Shown: piece by piece, positions 29,561 to 42,824 of the stretch
Layout: the number at the start of each line of letters is the position of its first letter
Position numbering within the stretch: the stretch's first letter is position 1
NCBI RefSeq assembly: GCF_006345805.1
Contig: NC_043002.1
Span: 60,326,001-60,390,000, forward strand
Source: Octopus sinensis
Lineage: Eukaryota
Direction: 5' to 3'
DNA length: 64,000 nucleotides
Translations under genes and position numbers: made by a program
Notes under the pieces: generated by a model
What the model was told of the DNA's origin: nothing
The model's input: the letters and a program-made list of their open reading frames with translations, nothing else
The model's database searches: none

Positions 29561-30051
29561 CATTCACACACAAACAACACACGCACACACGTGCGCGCAC
29601 TCATACACACGCCCGCGCACACACACAGTCACCAGCGCAAGTGTTACCAAAATCACTCCGCTGCCGCCATGACAAGCAAAGCGTTCACACCAAGAAGTGT
29701 GCGCCGGCTTCACCGACGTCACTAACAGGACAATCTCTGTCATTGTGTTGGAGTGATAAATAATGTTTATTAATTTAAACGAGACATAAATCATTTCATA
29801 TTTTCTATTTGAAACCAGTCACTCGTCTGTTACATATTAGGTGATGGAGAAAATAAAACATGCTAGATAATATACGAAATATATTTAAAGAAACGAGAGC
29901 AGTCATGCTGTAAAGCAGTCAACTTATTAGGTTCCACTTCCTCTTAACCATTGGTCGTTTGTTCAAAATGCACAAGACGTGCTTGTTCAGTATTGCTTGA
30001 GGTTACACAGGATTTACCCTCTCCTTTGAAATCCACCCGATTAATTCTTTT

Positions 30052-30380
30052 ATTCTCTTATTCTTTTACTTGTTTCAGTCATTTGACTGCGGGCATGCTG
30101 GAGCACCGTATTTAGTCGAACAAACTGACGCCCCAGTACTTATTCTATCGGCCTCTTTCTGCCGAACCATTAAGAGATTGGAACGTAAACACACCAACAT
30201 CTGTTGTCAAACGACGGGGGAGGACAAACATAGACACAAATACACGTATATATGTGTGTGCGTGTGTACATATATATAGTAGAAGACACTTGTCCAAGGT
30301 GTCTCACTCTGGGCTGGGATTGAACCCGTAACCATGTGGTTGGTAAGAAAGCTCCTTACCACACAGCCACTCCTGCGCCT
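30052..30380 (-). mobile_element. SINE family B with internal deletion
   Basis: Both ends present (ttcttttacttgtttcagtcatttgactgc ... ccacacagccactcctgcgcct). The segment next to the microsatellite is missing. Confidence 0.85.
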
Positions 30381-30514
30381 ATTTAGGTATGAGAAACATA
30401 ATTTAGATAATCGGAGATTATTTCAGATCGTATAATTTATGATCGTATTTATAACTGAATGCGTAGTGTATACGAAAGATTGCGGAGTATAGATTATTGC
30501 CTATTGATTTTTAA

Positions 30515-30715
30515 ATATTGGCCCAAGCCAGCAATTTCGAATGAGTGGTAAATCGATTAGATCGAGCCTACTTTTCACCTACTACTTATTTTATTAAGCA
30601 CGTAAGAATCAAAGTTGACCTCGGTGGAACTTGAACGCATTACATTCAACCTCCACCGAGGTCAACTTTCATGCCGCTAAGTATTTCGCCCGCCGTGGAA
30701 ACGATCTGCTATCTC
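30515..30715 (-). mobile_element. SINE family A with internal fold-back
   Basis: Core aaagttgacctcggtgga and head gccgctaagtatttcgcccg. Perfect 18-bp inverted repeat inside. Confidence 0.7.
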
Positions 30716-30734
30716 AATATTTTATGTGCCGCGG

Positions 30735-31027
30735 ACTCGAGCGTTATGAGTGTTTATTGAGCGAAAACACCTAAAGCTCCACGAGGCTCTGTCAGGGTGT
30801 GGGGGCGAACCCTGATATACTCATTCACCACAACTTCCTCTCAATCTTTCTTCCTGTTTCTGCTGTACATGTATTTCAAAGGGTCAGGGTCTGAATCACC
30901 CCGAGCACTACGTTAAGGGTATACGTGTCTGTGAAGTGCTCAGCCGCTTGCACGTTTATTTCATAAGTAGGCTGTTCCGTTGATCGGATCAACTGTAACC
31001 CTCGTCGTCGTAACCGACGGAGCGCCA
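30735..31027 (+). mobile_element. SINE-like repeat, family D
   Basis: gtatttcaaag..cgttaagg..gtgctcagc..ggctgttccgttgatcggatcaactg, shared with 34800-35096. Confidence 0.6.
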
Positions 31028-31311
31028 CGATGTAGAAAGTCTCAACTACTTCAAAGTTTTAATCGAATACGAATTGTGTGGGCAGGATTTATCAAGCAAT
31101 CTGTGAGTTGATTTTATTTTAAAATGCTGCCTGGATGACATTTTCTTTTTTTCCCATTCAGAATCCTATCATGTTTCGTCGACTAAGTTAGTAGGAACCG
31201 ACTACATCATCGTCTTGTCAAGTATAATTTTGATCAATTCATAAATTGATCTATTACCTCTGTTATTCACACTTGCCAAACAAAAACTAAATAATGAATA
31301 AATCTTTTAAA

Positions 31312-31506
31312 AATATTAATTTCAAATTTCGGCACAAGACCAACAATTTCATGGTAGGGAGTAAGTCGATTACCTTGATCTAAGTTCTCAACTGGTACTT
31401 CGTTTATCAATCTCCAAATGATGAAAGGCAAAGTCGACCTCGGAGTAATTTGAACTCAACATGTGAAGCATTTCCCCGGTGCATTAACGATTCTGCTAGC
31501 TCACCA
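31312..31506 (-). mobile_element. SINE family A
   Basis: actggtactt..atgaaaggcaaagtcgacctcgg..tttgaactca..ttctgctagctcacc. Confidence 0.8.
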
Positions 31507-32504
31507 ATGGTGTGTAAGGAAAAGTTTGTAGTTGGTTAGTGAATGAAATGTATGAGTGGAAATCTTTGTGTAACAAAACACAACTTAGACTTGAGGGGGC
31601 TAGATTGTGTTATCGATGACTCGATTGATTATTGGCTGAAAGGCATTACTGCATTTTTTCCTGTTCAATTCGTTCAAAATTGAAATCATACTGTGGCCAA
31701 TTCTGCTTACCATTTTTCGGCGGTTGACAATCTACATAAAAATTCAAGTACAGGGATCATTATAGTGTTTCTTTCCCCTGAAGATATAAAAGGAATAATA
31801 GTTTATTTTTCACCACAGCAGCCTCGAAAACACAAGTTAGCCACTCAGAATAACACAAACACTGCTAACGCCATTGAAACCTTTATTGTTTTTGATATGA
31901 TATCAAAATTTTCTTCACTCTACACTGCATAGTATCCGTGTCAGTGACAACAGTGTTTCGCTGCATTTCACAAATATACAGCGACCAGGTCGCAGTTTGG
32001 AGCGAAGAAAATTTTGACACCATACAACAAATAATTAATGATCCAGCGAAGTCAACAGTGAAATTACTCACGGGAGAAAGCGATCGCCATACAAAATTTC
32101 AACAGTGTCTATAGCTACATCAGATTTGATATAGAAAACCGGGACAATCTTTTTGCAGGATTTCCAAATCAAGATCAAAAAGGAGAGTTCCAGTAATACA
32201 AATCTTTATAGAAAAGCCGCCAGTAAGAATCTGTTCGTACACAAGGAATCAACTCAGCCCACCAGAGGCAAAACTGCATACGTGCAAAATGTGGGCAGAC
32301 GCATAAGCGACAGATGCAGTGAGGCAACTCACAAAGCTACCAAAGCCTAGCTGTTCGTCAAGACTTAGCTCATAACGGCGATCCGCCATCTGTAGCCAAA
32401 CAACTGCATCTACAACTGCATCTAATTTGACTCCATATCGATCTCCAGGCATATACAAGAAAATAAATAAATAATAATAGTAATAATAATAATGATAGCA
32501 ATAC

Positions 32505-32542
<38 letters not shown>

Positions 32543-32564
32543 TGATGATGATGATGATGATGAT

Positions 32565-32927
32565 AACATTAAAGCAAAGTATGTTTGATCATGCATATAG
32601 AATGCCCAAGCTATGCGATAAGGAAGAAAGAAAAGTAGATATATACGACGCGTTAGCTTGGGAGGTAAAGCAGTTGTGGTCGATGAAACAGGTGGTATTG
32701 GTACCAATAATTGTCGGAAGCCCTGGAAACTGTGAGTAAAATCTCGAGAAGTACATGGAACAAATAAGGCTGCAATAAGGGTGGAGCACATGCAGAAAAC
32801 AGCACTGCTTAGCACCGCTCGGATACTCAGTATGTTGCTCGAAAAATATGGAATGTTACCTTTGTTCACTGGTAGTGAACAGCTGACATCTTAGTACATC
32901 TCCAGCGTTAGAAGCTGTACAAAGGCA
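32565..32927 (+). mobile_element. 3' end of an R4/Dong-like LINE in TAA/TGA microsatellite
   Basis: KEERKVDIYDALAWEVKQLWSMKQVVLVPIIVG..QKTALLSTARIL: C-terminal restriction-like endonuclease region. Flanked by (TAA)n/(TGA)n. Confidence 0.8.
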
Positions 32928-32942
32928 ATGATGATGATGATG

Positions 32943-33014
<72 letters not shown>

Positions 33015-33025
33015 TAAAAATGATG

Positions 33026-33091
<66 letters not shown>

Positions 33092-33920
33092 TAATAATAA
33101 TAATAAAGTGCACTTATCGACTCCTTGAATAGTCGGGGTCGATATCGACCACTTTCGCGCCCCCTGCTTTATATTTTAAAGCATCCATTTATTATCCTAA
33201 ACTGTCTTAATTGGTATATCAATCCATTTCATTAGGCAAACCTGAATATTTTTCAAACAGTTATTGTGGGTTTTCTCAATCACTATGATGTCGAAGCTAA
33301 ACATTAACGTTAAAACCTCTTCAAACATTTGTCTATCAGAGTATTAAATAATTGGAAGAGTTATTGATATAATACGTGTGTGTGTATCTCCAAACGACTA
33401 TAGTGACACAGGAAGATGAAAGACCAAGGAAATCCACCAAGTACACTTATTGAATTCTTTTCATTGCAAGTTATACATTGTGTTTGATTCCAGTAATGTT
33501 GAAAACATGCTAGGGATTCACCTGCAATACGAAATGCTGTCATGCAACAAAAAGGAAACACAAATATATTTGAAGTACGATTATATTATTCAATAGAATA
33601 TGCATCATACTTTATGTTGGATATACGAAAACGTGCACGATATACTTGCGTGCATGTGTGTGCGCGTATGTGTCTGTTTGTCTCTGTGCATGCCTGCGTC
33701 CTTGCGTGCGCATGTGCGTGTGTATGTATGTTGTAAGAAAAAGGAAATATAATTTTCTACTCTATGCTACATTCTGAAAGTAAGTAGTTGCTCTTGAGAA
33801 CTGTGGACTTCTTAATCATTTGCCGGTTAGGTACAGCTAATATATCAACTTGTGTTTGTTGATCCTAATTTACAAGCAGCATTTTCCTCATACAAATCTA
33901 CTGCAAGCATTCACAATAGA

Positions 33921-34156
33921 AAGGCGGTGAGCTGGCAGAAACGTTAGCACGCCCAGTGAAATGCTATAGGATTCGAGTCCTCAATAAATATAATTACTAA
34001 TAGCTATTCTTTAATGTTCGTCTCACATTTTGGCACAAAACCAGCTATTTCGAGGGAAGGGGTACACAATCACATCGACAACAGAAATCGACTTGTATTC
34101 ATTTTAATTACTCCGGAAGAATGAAAGGCACAGTCGACCTGGGAGGAACTTAAACT
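33921..34156. mobile_element. Two SINE family A fragments (head on +, core/tail on -)
   Basis: aaggcggtgagctggcagaaacgttagcacgccc (+) and atgaaaggcacagtcgacctggg (-). Confidence 0.65.
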
Positions 34157-34799
34157 AATATCAAAACTTTTTCACTCAATTGAAACTTCCTTTATTGAGA
34201 ACCTTAGTTACTCTAAATTTACTAACTCTATGGATAAAATGAACAGAAACTATTTTACAATGAGAAAACCCCAATTATATAGTATGCCTGCTCCTTACGG
34301 ATAAAAGGAACACAAATGAAATTATTGTTGTTAGTATCAGATGCTGGAGAAATCACTGAAGATTTCCTCCAAAAAAGCTGGTTTCTTCTCTCAAAATTTA
34401 AAGATCATTTTTCTCCATACCGACGGCCATAGTAATGATGAACTGCGGACACAAATTGTGTACGAATTTAATTAGAAAGTATTTACATATTTAAAAGAGT
34501 TCTGAACCGTCCATCTTCAAACTTACAGGTGCTAATTTCCGAGACAATGTCATCTTCCGCGTTAATCATTTAGACTAATTATTTTGCACCCACCACCACA
34601 AGAAAAAGAAAAAAAGCTTAATTGAAAAGAGATGTAACAATCTAGTAATTTCGTTATGAATGTAGCATTATATTCGTTATGTCATATAGGTGTTATCTGT
34701 TTAGCAAACAGTTGACAAACCAATTAGCGAGGCTGACGGAAAATGATGTGTTTGAAACCGGTCATATCAGGTTCAGATATACAATGATTGAAGGAAGAT

Positions 34800-35096
34800 A
34801 CGCGGCTTAGCTTCGTAGCATATTCGGCTCACGGTCGTAGGATCCTGAGTTCAATTTCTGGTGACCCACGGTATATTGGAACAATACACTTTATTTCAAT
34901 CAACTGGAAAGATGAGTAGCGCCTGTATTTCAAAGGACCTACCTCATCAAATTCCATGTCATGCAGAATCTCTCTTAGAAGCACGTTAAGGATTCGCATT
35001 ACTATGGAGTGCTCAGCTATTTCCTCGTTAATTTCACGGGCAGGCTGTCCCATTGACCGGATCAACTGGAACACGCGTGGTTGTAACAAAGTACCA
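34800..35096 (+). mobile_element. tRNA-headed SINE, family D
   Basis: tRNA-like head (gagttcaatttc B-box-like) followed by the body shared with 30735-31027. Confidence 0.6.
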
Positions 35097-35551
35097 TTTA
35101 TGTTCAAACTTTTCAGATTTCGTCTCTAATACATATCCTACAGAAAGTTACTCTAAAAAATAAACAACCACATAATCAAAATATTGAATCTAGAAGATGA
35201 AGAATGATTAATTCAAAACAATGTGAACTCTTAAGGGTTCACATTTCAGAGAATAGTACGAATGCAAAAGGTAAAACTGCGAAGAGCAAACTCAGAATTA
35301 CAGGATGGAAGGAAAAGGGTATTATTGTTTGTTTCGAATAATATCAGATTGTGTTTAAACAGAGTTAACTAGCGAACGTTCCTGGTTGGTTCTTTCCAGT
35401 GTTTGAATAATTCGTCTCAAATATATATATTTCTTTGACGAACGTACTTTGAAAAGAAAATATATAGCAAGGTGTTCTTCAGATTCAATTACTATTTAAT
35501 CACTAACGTCTTGCGTACATGTAAACAAAACAGACACACACATACGCACAG

Positions 35552-35599
<48 letters not shown>

Positions 35600-36299
35600 C
35601 ATTTTATCCATATGTCTGTCTATCTATCTATCTATTTCTCAATACACACACACACACATAATACATACATTGATACACACATACATACACACTTGTATGT
35701 ACACACACACACACTCACACACAGGCATACACACAGGCACACAGGCACACACACACACACACACAAACATACACACTCACACACACACTAACGTATAGCA
35801 ACCATGAGCAACAACGACATCGTCACTATGTAGCTTTGTGTCGTTAATTCTCTTTCGTGTGAGTTTCAAAATTCAATTTTAGAAATATAATTTAAAATTA
35901 AATCGTGATCTTTAGCACGTATATACTACATGCCTTTCATTAATTAAATTCTTGACTTTATCACGTTCTTGAAAACATAATTTTCTTTTTTTGTATCCTA
36001 CATTCACGAACAACTGTTTTCTATCTTTTTCTTTGTCTATGTAGTGAGCAAACGACCCACAGGGTAATATAGTTTGCAGTGGTATTGTACTATTACAAAA
36101 GTATAGAACCCAATCATCAAACCTTTATGCAGAAGATCTCCCTGCTAGAAATAGTGACCACTGATTCATGATGGCAACATATCGTTGCTACCATGCAAAA
36201 CTGTCGTAAGTCAAACATGTTGTTTTTCAGGAAACGAAAAATAGTTTCATCATTCCATAGCAAACCGTTGTGCTACACTTTGACAATTTTTGATATCAT

Positions 36300-36720
36300 G
36301 GTATTTGAAGGAGTTGAAGATAAGATAGTTTGACAAAATGAACCAATTATTACAAAAAAAAATTGAAAAAAATACGTTTGGCCAAATTTCGACATACGAC
36401 AGCTTAACATAATAGCAAAGATATACAGCCGTGGCGAAATTTTTGGAACATTTTCTTAGATTTAAATTGGCCCAAGTACAATTCCATTCAAATATATACA
36501 ATGTAAATATTTGGGCATTTAATATAAAAATACTAATTTTCGGACCTCAGACACTTCTCATGAGAAATTCCGAAATGATTATCGTGAGACCACTGCCGAG
36601 ATGCTTCCAAAAAATAAAAAAAGAAAGGCGTTAGAAAACCGATTATAGCAGCGACACCATCTAAGAATATCTGAAGAAGGAATATCATTCCGAAATATCG
36701 TATCAGACTATGGACGATTA
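36300..36720 (+). mobile_element. Decayed PLE 3' fragment (GIY-YIG C-terminus plus HHR)
   Basis: ILIFGPQTLLMRNSEMI resembles the PLE C-terminal LLNxRSE motif and is followed by an HHR, the same order as in the 21-25 kb element. Confidence 0.5.
36667..36703 (+). ncRNA. Minimal type I hammerhead ribozyme, canonical core
   Basis: ATAT CTGAAGA A GGAAT atc ATTCC GAAA TAT C GTAT. AUC cleavage triplet. Confidence 0.7.
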
Positions 36721-36943
36721 AATTACATGTAAATAACCCATTGTCTATATTATAGTGCATTGTTGTACCAGTCAAAACCTTTTATTCATCACAAACAATA
36801 CGCAATGCTTCAAGCGAACTACAATACTCTCCTATAAAATTTCCAGTTTTGAGACCCATGTTACAAAGAGTAGTTTCTCCATAATTAGAGTTTCGTCCTT
36901 ACTTCCATGTGAGGGTAATTAAACAGAATAAATTTAAATAAAT

Positions 36944-37135
36944 AAAGCGGACGAACCGACAGAATCGTTAGCACGCCTGATAAAAAAGTTTTAGCGGCAT
37001 TTCGTCCGTCCTTTAAATTCTGAGATCAAATAACACCGAGGTTATACCCACTGGCATATGGCGTAATGGTTGAGAGCGTGGGCTGCTATCCCAAGATACC
37101 GAGTTAGATTCCATGTAGTGGCCTTAATAATAATA

Positions 37136-37170
<35 letters not shown>

Positions 37171-37470
37171 TTGAACAATGCCTTAGGAAAAGAGAACCCA
37201 AGTTCGAAATTTCCCCAAGACACCTGATGAAAGCCGAAACGTTGCGTTAACAACAAATAAGATGGACAAATATCCGTCGAATGTAAATAATGTAAATAAT
37301 GTACATAATTCCCTCTCTTAAATATAGAACTGTAAAACCGAGGTTGATTTTACCTTTTTCATCCTTTCGTGGTTGATATATCAACAAGCATCTATGAACC
37401 GGGTCGGTGTAATCCATTTATTCTACTCCGATGCCAATTGCTGGCATTGTGCCAAAACTTGAAAGTAACA
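36944..37470 (+). mobile_element. SINE family A interrupted by a younger insertion
   Basis: Head ends at accgaggtt (37035-37043). Core resumes after accgaggtt (37337-37345). Confidence 0.8.
37044..37336 (+). mobile_element. tRNA-headed SINE carrying a hammerhead motif, with 9-bp TSD
   Basis: A box tggcgtaatgg, B box gagttagattcc, (TAA)n spacer, GACAC CTGATGA aagcc GAAA CGT T GCGTT, AT-rich tail. TSD accgaggtt. Confidence 0.8.
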
Positions 37471-37509
37471 TATTTAAATGGTTGCAAAGAATTTAGAGAC
37501 GTATTCCAG

Positions 37510-37921
37510 TCTTTAATTCTTTTACTTGTTTCAGTCATTTGACAGCGGCCATGTTGGAGTACCGCCTGTAGTCGAGCAAATCAATCCCAGAGCTTATACT
37601 TTCTAAGCCAAGTACTTATTCTATCGGTCTCTTTTGCCGAAACGCTAAGTTACGGGGACGCACCAGCATCGGTTGTCAAGCGATGTATGTGTGTGGGAGG
37701 CGCAAAACATAGACACTCATACACAAAAACTTACATATATATATAAATACATATATACGACGGACTTCTTCCAGTTTCCGTCTACCAAGTCCACTCACTA
37801 GGCTTTGGTCCGCCCCAAGCTATAGCAGAAGGCACATGCCCAAGATGCCATGCAGTGGGACTGAACCCAGGACCACGTGGCTGGTAAGCAAGTATTTACC
37901 ACACAACCACTCCTGCGCCTG
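37510..37921 (-). mobile_element. SINE family B, full length
   Basis: Both ends and the short internal microsatellite are intact. Confidence 0.9.
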
Positions 37922-38469
37922 TATAAAATACTGAGAATTAATTGATGATACAAAGCCTTTGCTTTAGGTCTCAATGTGTAACAAAATAATTGTTTTCTTT
38001 GTGCTACATTCGTGAGTATTTTTTCTTGCATGTGTAGGCTGAGTGCGTTTTCCAATATCAAATAGAGTTTTCTTTAAGCAGGCAACGTATTTTTTCTGGT
38101 ATTGTCAATGCCTTCTTCCTAGTACTACCACCACTACCACCACCTCACTCACTCTACACTTGCATGATGATGTTGATGATATTCATGATGTCGTCGGTGC
38201 TGTTGTGCTAGTTCTTGTTGTTAACTTCCTCTCAGCTAAGCTGATATCAATCAATTCTATGTTCGCAAGCCTTCCGACATTGACCATCACGTTTTGTTTT
38301 ATTTTCCCGATGATGGATCACGAACTACATTGTTTAATGTGTTCATCGATTCCTAAGGAAGGTGGATATGATGAGGGAGATAACACTATTTTGAGCGACC
38401 ACCCATAAGCAACCTTATAAACTTAGGCTCCTAATGTTACTGCTGTCACTGTTGTTGTTGCAGTTATTA

Positions 38470-38787
38470 TCACACATATATCTTTATTACAATTTGCAGA
38501 GGATTGCCATAAATATTTTTCCAATATACTTTTTTAGAGATATTTTCAGAGTTTAGGTTAATGCCTAAAATATTGCTGCGATTTGAGAAAGCATTTCCCA
38601 TAGACAAGATATTGGTCTTTCCCTCTGCCACCACGACCATCACCTTCCGGGGAGTGAAGAAGCTTTTTATCACCTTTATGCGATATTCCCCGATATCGCA
38701 AACGTAGCCTAGCAATGTCGAATTGATGGTTGCCGTAAAATACAAGCAAAGAGCATATAATATAGTTTTAAACATGGAAAAATACAT
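38470..38787 (-). CDS. Candidate 105-aa ORF or exon of unknown function
   Basis: Non-repetitive ORF with a hydrophobic signal-peptide-like N-terminus (MFKTILYALCLYFTATINS). No recognised homology. Confidence 0.25.
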   Translation of the reverse strand: MYFSMFKTILYALCLYFTATINSTLLGYVCDIGEYRIKVIKSFFTPRKVMVVVAEGKTNILSMGNAFSNRSNILGINLNSENISKKVYWKNIYGNPLQIVIKIYV

Positions 38788-38882
38788 AAAAATTAATATT
38801 GCTTCTCCTCCTTAATATAGTAACGTTAAAACAATGATAAATCTTTGCGGCGCAGCAGAATGAATCTATAAATAACCAAAAC

Positions 38883-39250
<368 letters not shown>

Positions 39251-39712
39251 TGAGTGAGAGAGCAGTGCATGCCATCAAAGTGACACTGGAGTAAAATATA
39301 CGAAGCCCAATATACCCATCATGACTACCCGTCTGATAAAGGTACACCGGGCACATGCATCACAACCATATGTGCGCGACATGGTGATCTCATATCAAGA
39401 TAAACAGCACATGACCTTGCAGGTGGAGACCAGTTAGAATTTTCTTCAGGTTGAGTAGCTCATCCCGCTCAAAAGGTCCCTGAATAAGGATTGTTTAAGG
39501 ATGTTGAAAGAACCACCCATGTTTCCAGAGGTGAATTATTCAAACCCCAAAGAATCCCTCTCAACACATGGCTATGATGCTCCCCCACTACTTCTGCTCG
39601 TGATCAGAGATGCACATATCGTCAGCCACTAAGGGACATGCTCAACTGGTTAAGGTCAAACAACTGACAAGCAAATCTGTGGTATTGAGCAGAATATTTT
39701 CTGTAGCCCATC

Positions 39713-39716
<4 letters not shown>
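39251..39716. mobile_element. TAA-embedded non-coding repeat (~550-bp family), truncated copy
   Basis: Collinear with 59217-59767 but lacks about 90 bp at the right end. (TTA)n on both sides. Confidence 0.85.
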
Positions 39717-39799
<83 letters not shown>

Positions 39800-39818
39800 T
39801 ATTATTATCATCATCATC

Positions 39819-39996
39819 AAGGCAGCGATCTGCCAGAATCGTTAGTGCACTGGGCGAAATGGTTAGTGACATTTCGCCCGTCGCTAGGTTCTGACTTCCA
39901 ATTCAGCCGAGGTTGACTTTGCCTTTCATCCCTTCAGGTTCGATAAATTAAGTACCAGTTGAACAGAGGGGTAGTTGTAATCGATTGGTAACGAGG
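39819..39996 (+). mobile_element. SINE family A
   Basis: aaggcagcgatctgccagaatcgttag..gccgaggttgactttgcctttcatccc..taagtaccagttg. Confidence 0.8.
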
Positions 39997-40529
39997 AGTC
40001 AGAAAGTGCTATGCTTACTGAAAATCGCCATGGCCAACGATGGCTATCCAATGCGTGGGTATTGCTAACAGGAAAATACTACTACTACTACTACTACTAC
40101 TTTTGTTAGTATTATTTGATTTTAAAAGCAGGGATACATGACATTCATCACTGCTATGTGCAAAATGATTTGTACAGCGATCATTAGCTGATTAATTAAG
40201 AAGAATTTTCTTTCAGTCAGCGATAAACCGGTATGGCTTTGTAAAACCAGGTGCAACATGATTTTACCTCAACTTTTGCATTAAAGTTCATGACACCACA
40301 ATTCTCTATCGATGTAAAAATTGCAGGTTTGAGACATCATACTAGAGGAACGTTCCAATTTACTGTATCGTTATTAAATTATACAAAACAATTCTTTCAT
40401 CTCGAGAAATTATATTGACACGTAAATCAAAAAGGAAGACGGATAAAAAATGCTGAAGTGATGATAGTTGAATATGAACTTAGTTATTTGGTAATGTAAA
40501 TACTTTAATGTCTGTATCTGAATATATAC

Positions 40530-40810
<281 letters not shown>

Positions 40811-41094
40811 GTGTGTGTGTATTATTGATTTATTTCTTACATGCTAATAAAATATTAACATTCGAAAATCTACAGACTGCCTTCGGAATTATTTCGTTCA
40901 GCGAAATCTCTTTACAGGGTGTGAATAAAAACACAAGATTAAATTTTCATATAGACACCTACGTATATATACACAGGGAGATTAATGTGTGTGTGTGTGT
41001 GTGTGTGTGTCTGAGAATGTTAGCTGCTCGTATATGAGTGTGTGTATTTTTATGTATATGTTGTTGTTCATTATACACAGATGTGAACGTATAT

Positions 41095-41274
41095 ATTCTT
41101 TTCAAGTATTTTGTTTTATACTTGTATCAGTCGTTTGACTGTGGCTATGCAGGAGCACCGCCTTGAACGGATAAAATCAACCTCACGACTTATTCTTTGT
41201 AAGTTTAGTACTTATTCTATCAGTCGCTTTTGACAAAAAGCTAAGTTGCGAGAACGTAAGGAGAGCAACATCGG

Positions 41275-41336
<62 letters not shown>

Positions 41337-41487
41337 CCGACGGGCTTCTCTCGGTTTCCGTTAACAAATCCAATCACAAGATTTTAGTCAGCCCGGGTAT
41401 ATGGAAGAATACACTTGTCCAAGTGCCAGGCCATGGAGCTGAACCCGTAACCATGTGGTTGTGAAGTAAGCTTTGTATCACACGCGT
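41095..41487 (-). mobile_element. SINE family B with expanded internal (TA)n
   Basis: Both halves present around the (TA)n at 41276-41335. Confidence 0.8.
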
Positions 41488-41558
41488 ATACATACATACA
41501 TACATACATACATACATACATACATACATACATACATACGTATACACACACACACACG

Positions 41559-41617
<59 letters not shown>

Positions 41618-41944
41618 GAGTCTGCAATGCATCTTATTTTTTAGAAAGAGAACCAGCAAACGAACGAAATATTTTCGTTTAAATAGATCAGAAATCAAAT
41701 CAGAAATCAAATCTCTGCATTTCAGTCTTCTAGCTTTGATTAAATCATGGGGCAGTTATCTCCCATGTCAGTATACATAAATGTGCTATTACGCAGCGAT
41801 AAGTCGTTTAACTCTTGTTTCTAGCAACTTATGTGCTTGTACAATCAGAATTAGTGAGGACTAAAGTTTGCCTATACTGTTTATATTACGCCCAACCACC
41901 CATATTGATTTATATACTATATGATTATATTTAATTTCTGTCTA

Positions 41945-42080
41945 CCGAATCTATTCACAAGTTTTGGTCGGCCTGAGATTATAGTAGACGGTCCGTGTCC
42001 AAGGCGCCATGCAGTGAACGTGACCGGGAACTACATGGTTGTGAAGGAAACTTCTTACGACGCAGCCATAACTACGCCTA
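41945..42080 (-). mobile_element. SINE family B, 5' fragment
   Basis: ccgaatctattcacaagttttggtcggcctgagattatagtag..ccaaggcgccatgcagtg. Confidence 0.7.
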
Positions 42081-42434
42081 TGTTTGTACGAATGTCATGT
42101 GCTTATGTACGGCGAGTCGCTAATTCTATATTTATTAATTACCACTTTAAAAAATGCCTTACCTCAGGCAATTCTAGTTCAGTTATCTAATTGATGTTTT
42201 AACCCAATATAATAAATTTTCTCGACTGTTCATATTAAAACATTTCATATAAATATTAAAAGTGCATTTCCTTTCTTAACACATCATCAATATTAGTTTT
42301 TACTGTGTTTCATTACTGGTATTTACAAACACCAGACACACACACACACATATATATATATACATACATACACACACTGATATCTATCTACATAGATATA
42401 TATTTGTATATATATGTATGTGTGTATGTAATAT

Positions 42435-42480
<46 letters not shown>

Positions 42481-42486
42481 TATATA

Positions 42487-42620
42487 ACGGGAAGCTTTAT
42501 GAAAATAGACAACAGCAGGTTTACGGAAATAAACAAAAGACGAAGGCAGGTGGAATACAAACAAACAATTGTATTAGTATGGCGCTCAGGAAATATAAAT
42601 AAAACAAGTCTTGAAATAGT
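42487..42620 (-). mobile_element. PLE-like terminal remnant (HHR part lost)
   Basis: aaacaaaagacgaaggcaggtggaatacaaacaaacaattgtattagtatggcgctcagg, related to 20860-20930. Confidence 0.55.
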
Positions 42621-42824
42621 ACTTATACTATTAACATACCGTAAATTATTGAAAAATATCACTGCTATCAGGTTACATTTACAATAATAAGAATCTAAAG
42701 ATTAAACTGAGATGAAATTGAATTAAAATAAGGTCAGGGCTGATTATTGGTTACAGTTAATAGTTCTATATATACATGCATGCATACACACACACATATA
42801 TGTGTGTATATATATATATATATA

